From the NCBI GenBank assembly GCA_041651155.1, contig JBAZJU010000004.1, positions 39,427 through 103,426 on the forward strand: a DNA stretch of 64,000 bases, read 5' to 3'. The notes under the pieces are model-generated. The model searched no databases and was not told where the DNA came from. It saw nothing but the letters and a program-made list of their open reading frames with translations. A program made the translations under genes and the position numbers. This DNA is from Patescibacteria group bacterium. Its GTDB lineage: Bacteria; Patescibacteriota; Patescibacteriia; CAIXNZ01. The first letter of the stretch is position 1. The number at the start of each line of letters is the position of its first letter. Positions 59,611 through 64,000 of the stretch are shown piece after piece.

Positions 59611-59747
59611 CGGGCGATTTCGCTGCACCAGGCTTCGGCCTAGACAACGGAATCGCCCATCGTCTTTAGCTCAGGAAATTTTTTCGTGGGTTAAAAAACG
59701 GATTGAACTTTAAAACTAAAGGCACGAAGTGCCAAAAGGAGGAAGAA
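59611..59747 (+). repeat. Array intergenic element R3
   Basis: Stem 1 GGGCGATT/AATCGCCC enclosing AGGC-TTCG-GCCT; core 59661-59700; GGCAC-GAA-GTGCC; AGGAGG. Confidence 0.92.
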
Positions 59748-59933
59748 ATGAAAGATAAAATTATCACTCTATTTTGGCGGACAATTATTTGTCTGGGCGC
59801 GGTACGGGCAATATGTCCCATTGTTATAGGGGACTTTAACTTTGATGATTTTTTTTGGGGTTTTTTCTTTTTTAGTTGGGCTGTATGGATGTACGACATT
59901 CATAAGTGGGGCAAAAAATTAACTAAAAATTAA
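59748..59933 (+). CDS. Array gene 4, 61-aa two-TM protein
   Basis: ATG at 59748 after AGGAGG; MKDKIITLFW... Confidence 0.7.
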   Translation: MKDKIITLFWRTIICLGAVRAICPIVIGDFNFDDFFWGFFFFSWAVWMYDIHKWGKKLTKN

Positions 59934-59948
59934 CCCAAAATTATCTTT

Positions 59949-60042
59949 CGGGCGATCCCAAATCGCCCCTCGTCTTTAGCCCAGGAAATTTTTTCGTGGG
60001 TTAAAAAACGGAATTGTTCTTTAAAAACAAAAGGAGGAAAGA
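59949..60042 (+). repeat. Array intergenic element R4
   Basis: Stem 1 GGGCGAT/ATCGCCC; core 59971-60010; TGTTCTTTAAAA; AGGAGG. Confidence 0.92.
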
Positions 60043-60456
60043 ATGAAAATCAACAAAAATAGCTGGCATTATCGTTTGGTTTTAAAACAGGTAAAAAACG
60101 AAATCTGCCCTTTCAATGAAAGCTATTATATGCCTGACACCAGTTGCGCATATTTTGCCAAATTGATTAAAGTGGCTTTTCTTAATTTTTGCAAACTGGT
60201 TTTGGGCCTTTTTGTTCTGGGAATGAGCTATGGATTTTCCTGGGCCGTGATTGAAGATCCTTTACCGTTAATCTGCGTTCTCGTCTCTGTATCTTTGGCC
60301 ATCGGACTCACGATTGGATTACGTTTTCTTAGTGAGATGATTAGTGGCCTGTATTGGCCGATCAAACTAAGGTTAAAGCAATTCTGTCTGTATCGTCTGT
60401 ATTGGCCGATCAAACTAAGGTTAAAGAAATTCTGTGCCAAGATTGAATATACCTAA
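60043..60456 (+). CDS. Array gene 5, two-TM protein (MKINKNSWHY family)
   Basis: Paralog of 62853; internal duplication with a 48-bp period. Confidence 0.8.
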   Translation: MKINKNSWHYRLVLKQVKNEICPFNESYYMPDTSCAYFAKLIKVAFLNFCKLVLGLFVLGMSYGFSWAVIEDPLPLICVLVSVSLAIGLTIGLRFLSEMISGLYWPIKLRLKQFCLYRLYWPIKLRLKKFCAKIEYT

Positions 60457-60492
60457 AAACGGAAATGTTCTTTACAAAAGAAAGGAGAGAAA
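60455..60492 (+). repeat. Array half-element R5 (3' part only)
   Basis: AAAAACGGAAATGTTCTTTACAAAAGAAAGGAG with no hairpins. Confidence 0.85.
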
Positions 60493-60993
60493 ATGAAAAG
60501 TCTAAATGAAATGACTGGGGTAGAGGCTATTGAAGCTTTTATTGAAGGCGCTAGAAAATTTACGCTTCAAGATATTGTTTCAATTTTCGGGGCTAACGAC
60601 TTTCAAATTCTTAGCCGCAAAGCGCGAATAAGCATTATGGAATTTTTCAGTGAACAATCTTTTCTTTTTAAGCCCATGGATAGGGCGAACTACGAAGAAG
60701 AATATCTTCAAAAATTCTTTTCATTCATTGGCGTGGACTCTACCTTGCCAATAAACGAAGTAGAGATTATTGAAAAGTCAATGAAAAATGGCAACGGTAA
60801 TGCGGTGCGTAATATATTTAGCATTGTCATCCGTGCCAACCCTTTAGTCCTCGGTGATTTAAGCAAAAAAGCCAAGGAACAAATGCTTTACCATTTGCAC
60901 GATGGAAGAATTAATGCAGAAGAGGAAGTTCTTAACAAAGACAATTTCCGCTCCCCCGAATATATCGCAGGGCTAAAAGCCTTGCTTTCCTGA
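60493..60993 (+). CDS. Array gene 6, orphan (166 aa)
   Basis: SD supplied by R5. Confidence 0.75.
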   Translation: MKSLNEMTGVEAIEAFIEGARKFTLQDIVSIFGANDFQILSRKARISIMEFFSEQSFLFKPMDRANYEEEYLQKFFSFIGVDSTLPINEVEIIEKSMKNGNGNAVRNIFSIVIRANPLVLGDLSKKAKEQMLYHLHDGRINAEEEVLNKDNFRSPEYIAGLKALLS

Positions 60994-61008
60994 TAAAACT
61001 TAAATTTT

Positions 61009-61115
61009 CGGTGAACCAGATTCTCTTGGGAACTGGTTCACCTTTCGTCTTTAGCCCAGGAAATTTTTCGTGGGTTGAAATACGGAAATGTTCTTTTAAA
61101 AAGAAAGGAGAAAAA
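61009..61115 (+). repeat. Array intergenic element R6
   Basis: Stem 1 GGTGAACCAG/CTGGTTCACC; core 61046-61084; TGTTCTTTTAAA; AAGGAG. Confidence 0.92.
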
Positions 61116-61469
61116 ATGTCTGCATTGTATGTTCTGATTATGGTTTTAGTGGCAGTAGTATTATTTCTTGTCTTAATGGGAGGTGGAGATGATGATCGAA
61201 CAAGAAGACAAAAATTTGTCCGAGACAATCCGGATCTCTGCAACATTATCACCATTGAGCCAGACAAGGAATATCTGGTGATAATCAAATCTGACGTACC
61301 AATATGGGTATTTGATGATTATGCTGTCCTAAAACAGGGTTTGGCAAGTTTAGTAGCAACTCATCCTCGCTATTATTTAACCAAAATTTGGACGACTAAC
61401 GGATCAGATAACCCAGACGAGATGATGATTAGAATGGGATACCGAGTTTTTGTTCTCAATAATACGTAA
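61116..61469 (+). CDS. Array gene 7, N-terminally anchored protein
   Basis: ATG at 61116 after the SD; N-terminal TM. Confidence 0.75.
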   Translation: MSALYVLIMVLVAVVLFLVLMGGGDDDRTRRQKFVRDNPDLCNIITIEPDKEYLVIIKSDVPIWVFDDYAVLKQGLASLVATHPRYYLTKIWTTNGSDNPDEMMIRMGYRVFVLNNT

Positions 61470-61487
61470 GAAAAAAAATAATCTTAT

Positions 61488-61662
61488 CGGGCGATTCCGC
61501 TGCGCGGAATCGCCCATCGTCTTTAGCCCGGGACAATGTGTCATGGGTTAAAAAACGGAAAAATGTTCTTTAAAACAAAAGTCCGCCTTTGCATCCATCC
61601 CCCGTAGAAGTAGTCTGCTAATGAGGACGAGCAAGGCTATGGCGGACAAAGGGAGGAAGAAA
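61488..61662 (+). repeat. Array intergenic element R7 with inserted hairpin
   Basis: Stem 1 GGGCGATTCCGC/GCGGAATCGCCC; core 61518-61557 with GACA-ATG-TGTC tip; GTCCGCC...GGCGGAC insert. Confidence 0.92.
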
Positions 61663-62109
61663 ATGAAAATTTTGTTGTTCGGTCTTGTCGTCTTAGGATA
61701 TTCAGGCGCATTAATTTGGTTAGCCCGGAGATGTAAAAGAGAGGGTCTCCCTAAAACAGTGGCTCATTCACTTCTGATTGCTACCCCCGTTTCCCTTTTT
61801 GTAGTCATGCCGCTTTTTGCCTGGAATGAAAGTCTAACACTTATTGAATATTCCGGCTGGCTTGCTTTAGGAATTATGTTGCCAATAACAGCATTGATTG
61901 CTTACGACAGAATTAACGTGGGAGATGAATCTGAGGGAATATTGGAAGAAATGGTAGCGATTAAAGATATATTGTCGCTTGTTTTTTCCAATATTTTTCT
62001 AGTTATTGCCGTTGCCATGTTTTTACTTCCCATGGCTCTGTCTCATCTGATTTTTACGCTGATATCCAAAAAAATGAGAGGCGAGTTATCTGAAGATGAT
62101 GGATTCTAA
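61663..62109 (+). CDS. Array gene 8, four-TM membrane protein
   Basis: ATG at 61663 after GGGAGG; four hydrophobic segments. Confidence 0.75.
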   Translation: MKILLFGLVVLGYSGALIWLARRCKREGLPKTVAHSLLIATPVSLFVVMPLFAWNESLTLIEYSGWLALGIMLPITALIAYDRINVGDESEGILEEMVAIKDILSLVFSNIFLVIAVAMFLLPMALSHLIFTLISKKMRGELSEDDGF

Positions 62110-62149
62110 TTTTGAAAACCTAGCCTGAACCCTCTGTGTTTCATGCTAT

Positions 62150-62246
62150 GCCGCAAATCCAACATGGTTTGCGGCTTCAACTCGAGCATAGGACAGTGTC
62201 ATATGTTGGAGATTGAAAAAAGTACCTTAAAAAGGAGAATTAAATT
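62150..62246 (+). repeat. Array intergenic element R8 (type B core)
   Basis: Stem 1 GCCGCAAATC/GGTTTGCGGC; core TCAACTCGAGCATAGGACAGTGTCATATGTTGGAGATTGA; GTACCTTAAAA; AAGGAG. Confidence 0.8.
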
Positions 62247-62741
62247 ATGCCTATAGTAACTGGAGAATTCAGAGATCATTTTACAGTAGAAGTAGAGGAG
62301 ATGCCTAATCAATATGGTAAATACACTCTTTACGTGGATTTAGGTGAAGAAGTAAAAATTTTTATCCGCTATAGTAAAAGCGGCGAAAAATACCCTTGCA
62401 AAGAATTAAAAATGGAAATCAGCGGAATTACTAGAAGAGGATGCTGGAGAAGAATAACTAAGCCTAAAGAAAAATTGGAATCCTGGAAAAATAAACAAGG
62501 GTTAGGTCATTGTGTGGTATTTCATGATTGGCAAAGACCAGATATTCATCGGTTATTTGTTGATCTGGGAACTGAAGTAATAATTGAAATCAGGCGCTAT
62601 ACCGGTAAACTACTCTGGGGACATTGGCCGGAGCTAAAAAGCAATACTGAAATCGGCACAATAACAGCTAATGGGACTTGGAAAAGAAACATAAAACCAA
62701 AGGAGGAATCAATTTCGGTCAATCCACCTTTGGCGGATTGA
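62247..62741 (+). CDS. Array gene 9, protein with an internal two-fold domain repeat
   Basis: LYVDLGEEVKIFIR...WRRITKPKE and LFVDLGTEVIIEIR...WKRNIKPKE. Confidence 0.8.
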   Translation: MPIVTGEFRDHFTVEVEEMPNQYGKYTLYVDLGEEVKIFIRYSKSGEKYPCKELKMEISGITRRGCWRRITKPKEKLESWKNKQGLGHCVVFHDWQRPDIHRLFVDLGTEVIIEIRRYTGKLLWGHWPELKSNTEIGTITANGTWKRNIKPKEESISVNPPLAD

Positions 62742-62852
62742 CCCTCAACTTGAGCATATGACAATGTGTCGTATGCTGGAGATTGGGAAATGAACCTTAA
62801 AAAAGAAGGGTCGCTTTCGCATAAAGCTATGGCGACCAAAAGGAGGAAGAAA
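62716..62852 (+). repeat. Array intergenic element R9 (type B core) with TTC/TAT hairpin insert
   Basis: Stem 1 GGTCAATCC/GGATTGACC overlapping the stop codon; core TCAACTTGAGCATATGACAATGTGTCGTATGCTGGAGATTGG; TGAACCTTAAAA; AGGAGG. Confidence 0.82.
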
Positions 62853-63221
62853 ATGAGAATCAACAAAAATAGCTGGCATTATCGTTTGGTAGAAAAAACG
62901 ATTGAAGATCACAGGTTTCATGTGGGGTGGAACCACAAATTACCTGAAAAAAAATGCAGATATTTTTTAATCTTACTGCATGGTATTTTTTCTTACGCAG
63001 TTGGGCCTGCATTAATAATGATAGGTCTTTGGCTCTTTATTATTCACCGTAAGGAATGGGTTTACATTTTACTAACATTTGCAATCTTTGCATTTGTTAG
63101 TACTGTATTTACTCTATTTGGTTACGGCTTGCATAAGCTGTATAAGTCACATGAAGAGGACTTCAAAAAATGGTTCAAAAAATGCAAAGACAAAATTTGC
63201 ACTGATGTTGAGTATTTCTAA
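62853..63221 (+). CDS. Array gene 10, two-TM protein (MRINKNSWHY family)
   Basis: First 38 nt match gene 5 at 37 positions. Confidence 0.8.
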   Translation: MRINKNSWHYRLVEKTIEDHRFHVGWNHKLPEKKCRYFLILLHGIFSYAVGPALIMIGLWLFIIHRKEWVYILLTFAIFAFVSTVFTLFGYGLHKLYKSHEEDFKKWFKKCKDKICTDVEYF

Positions 63222-63229
63222 AAAATTTT

Positions 63230-63377
63230 CGGTGAGCCAGATCTAATAATCTGGTTCACCTTTCGTCTTTAGCCCGGGAAATTTTTTCATGGGTTAAAAA
63301 ACGGTCAATGCTAACCGTAGTCCCGCCAACGCCGGGACGTAGGTTGGAAATGTTCTTTACAAAGAAAGGAGAAAAGA
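63230..63377 (+). repeat. Array intergenic element R10 with inserted hairpin
   Basis: Stem 1 GGTGAGCCAGAT/ATCTGGTTCACC; core 63264-63303; insert at 63311-63346; TGTTCTTTACAA; AAGGAG. Confidence 0.92.
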
Positions 63378-64000
63378 ATGGGAAAAAAAGAAATGCTTGA
63401 ACTTTTTCACAAACAAGAAAGTGTCCATGTTTCCAGGGATGATGCCAGGTTAAGTGATTTAGAAGCTGTGCTTGGTGTTAATGTTTTTGATTTAGCTATT
63501 ACAGATTTAGCAGAAATCAAAGACAGGCAAGAGGTTTTTGTTTACTTGCTAAATAATCCACAGATTTTTGATCGGCTATTTGTCGCTTGGACTGAAATTG
63601 GCAGTTGTACTGTCCCGACAGACAGCGGCCAGCAGTTTCTATCTTACTATGAAAACCTGCGCTTTAAAAATACCGATTTTTGGCTCTGGACGGAAGGGGT
63701 GCTCAAGAATCTTACAGGTGAATTGCCAAAACGGATTGAACAAGCACTCGAAGTTATTAAGCAGGAAAAAGATGATTATTGCCAGGAAGAACTAGATCTG
63801 GCTGAAGCTATGGTCGCGGATTTAACCAGGTCAATAGTCGTTGAAGGTGTTTTGGATTTGCAGGTTAAGCGCCCAGGCCAATTTTTTCAGACGTTAGACT
63901 GGTCAGAATTGGTTTGTTGTGGTGTGGATTTGTATATTTCGCCTCAAATCCCAGAGCAATTCCAGGCGCCTGAATGGCTGGGCTCAGCCGGCCGTTATGT
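63378..64000 (+). CDS. Array gene 11, runs off the window (not in ORF track); weak resemblance to N-terminal regions of MutS-related proteins
   Basis: Hand translation MGKKEMLELFHKQ...TDLAEIKDRQEVFVYLLNNP... is open to the window end. Confidence 0.7.
   Translation, partial: MGKKEMLELFHKQESVHVSRDDARLSDLEAVLGVNVFDLAITDLAEIKDRQEVFVYLLNNPQIFDRLFVAWTEIGSCTVPTDSGQQFLSYYENLRFKNTDFWLWTEGVLKNLTGELPKRIEQALEVIKQEKDDYCQEELDLAEAMVADLTRSIVVEGVLDLQVKRPGQFFQTLDWSELVCCGVDLYISPQIPEQFQAPEWLGSAGRY

Noticed and set aside
59703-62852. Upstream starts at 59703, 61011, 61621 and 62766 from the ORF track
   Set aside because: They translate through the repeat element; SD-associated ATGs at 59748, 61116, 61663 and 62853 are better supported.
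58747-63303. Array hairpins as intrinsic terminators or repeated promoters
   Set aside because: No U-tract follows the stems on the sense strand, and no -35/-10 pair is visible within the element.
58747-63377. Array repeats as a CRISPR array
   Set aside because: The intervening sequences are whole ORFs of about 190-500 bp with variable length, the repeats include SDs, and no cas genes are present.
58747-63377. Array repeats as canonical integron attC sites
   Set aside because: GTTAAAA resembles GTTRRRY, but the paired TTTAGC is only about 20 nt away, there is no RYYYAAC, R9 lacks GTT, pairing favours the top strand, and no intI is in the window.
63568-63795. 75-aa ORF in the track
   Set aside because: It lies in an alternative frame within the SD-led ORF starting at 63378.
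58423-64000. Prophage early region
   Set aside because: No integrase, structural or replication gene and no att site is visible; this cannot be fully excluded because the array continues beyond the window.
1-64000. Alternative genetic code (TGA recoded)
   Set aside because: RF2 is present and conserved genes such as htrA and murI end at TGA at their expected lengths.

Overview
AT-rich bacterial chromosome segment in standard code 11 (RF2 present, TGA used as stop). Gene content (Patescibacteria-type T4SS locus, VirB2-like pilin, giant Cys-rich surface protein, four-helix-bundle gene, mostly SD-less leaders) suggests a CPR/Parcubacteria genome; this is an inference. Positions 1-57 kb hold housekeeping and envelope genes: a split class III RNR, nrdG, htrA, prfB, rsmA, a VirB4/VirB6/PrgI cluster, comF, three tRNAs, recG, mpg, radA, dsbA, htpX, lemA, PMM, murI, rseP and pheS/pheT. 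Several families of small palindromic elements are scattered among them. The standout feature starts at 58.3 kb and runs off the window end. A TrmB-family regulator sits back-to-back with a perfect sigma70 promoter that drives at least 11 co-oriented orphan genes. Each gene after the first is preceded by a conserved element: a variable hairpin, a conserved covarying ~40-nt hairpin, a boxA-like TGTTCTTTAMAA motif and a strong SD. This repeat-delimited cassette array is neither a CRISPR nor a canonical integron. All calls are by eye; no database searches were run.
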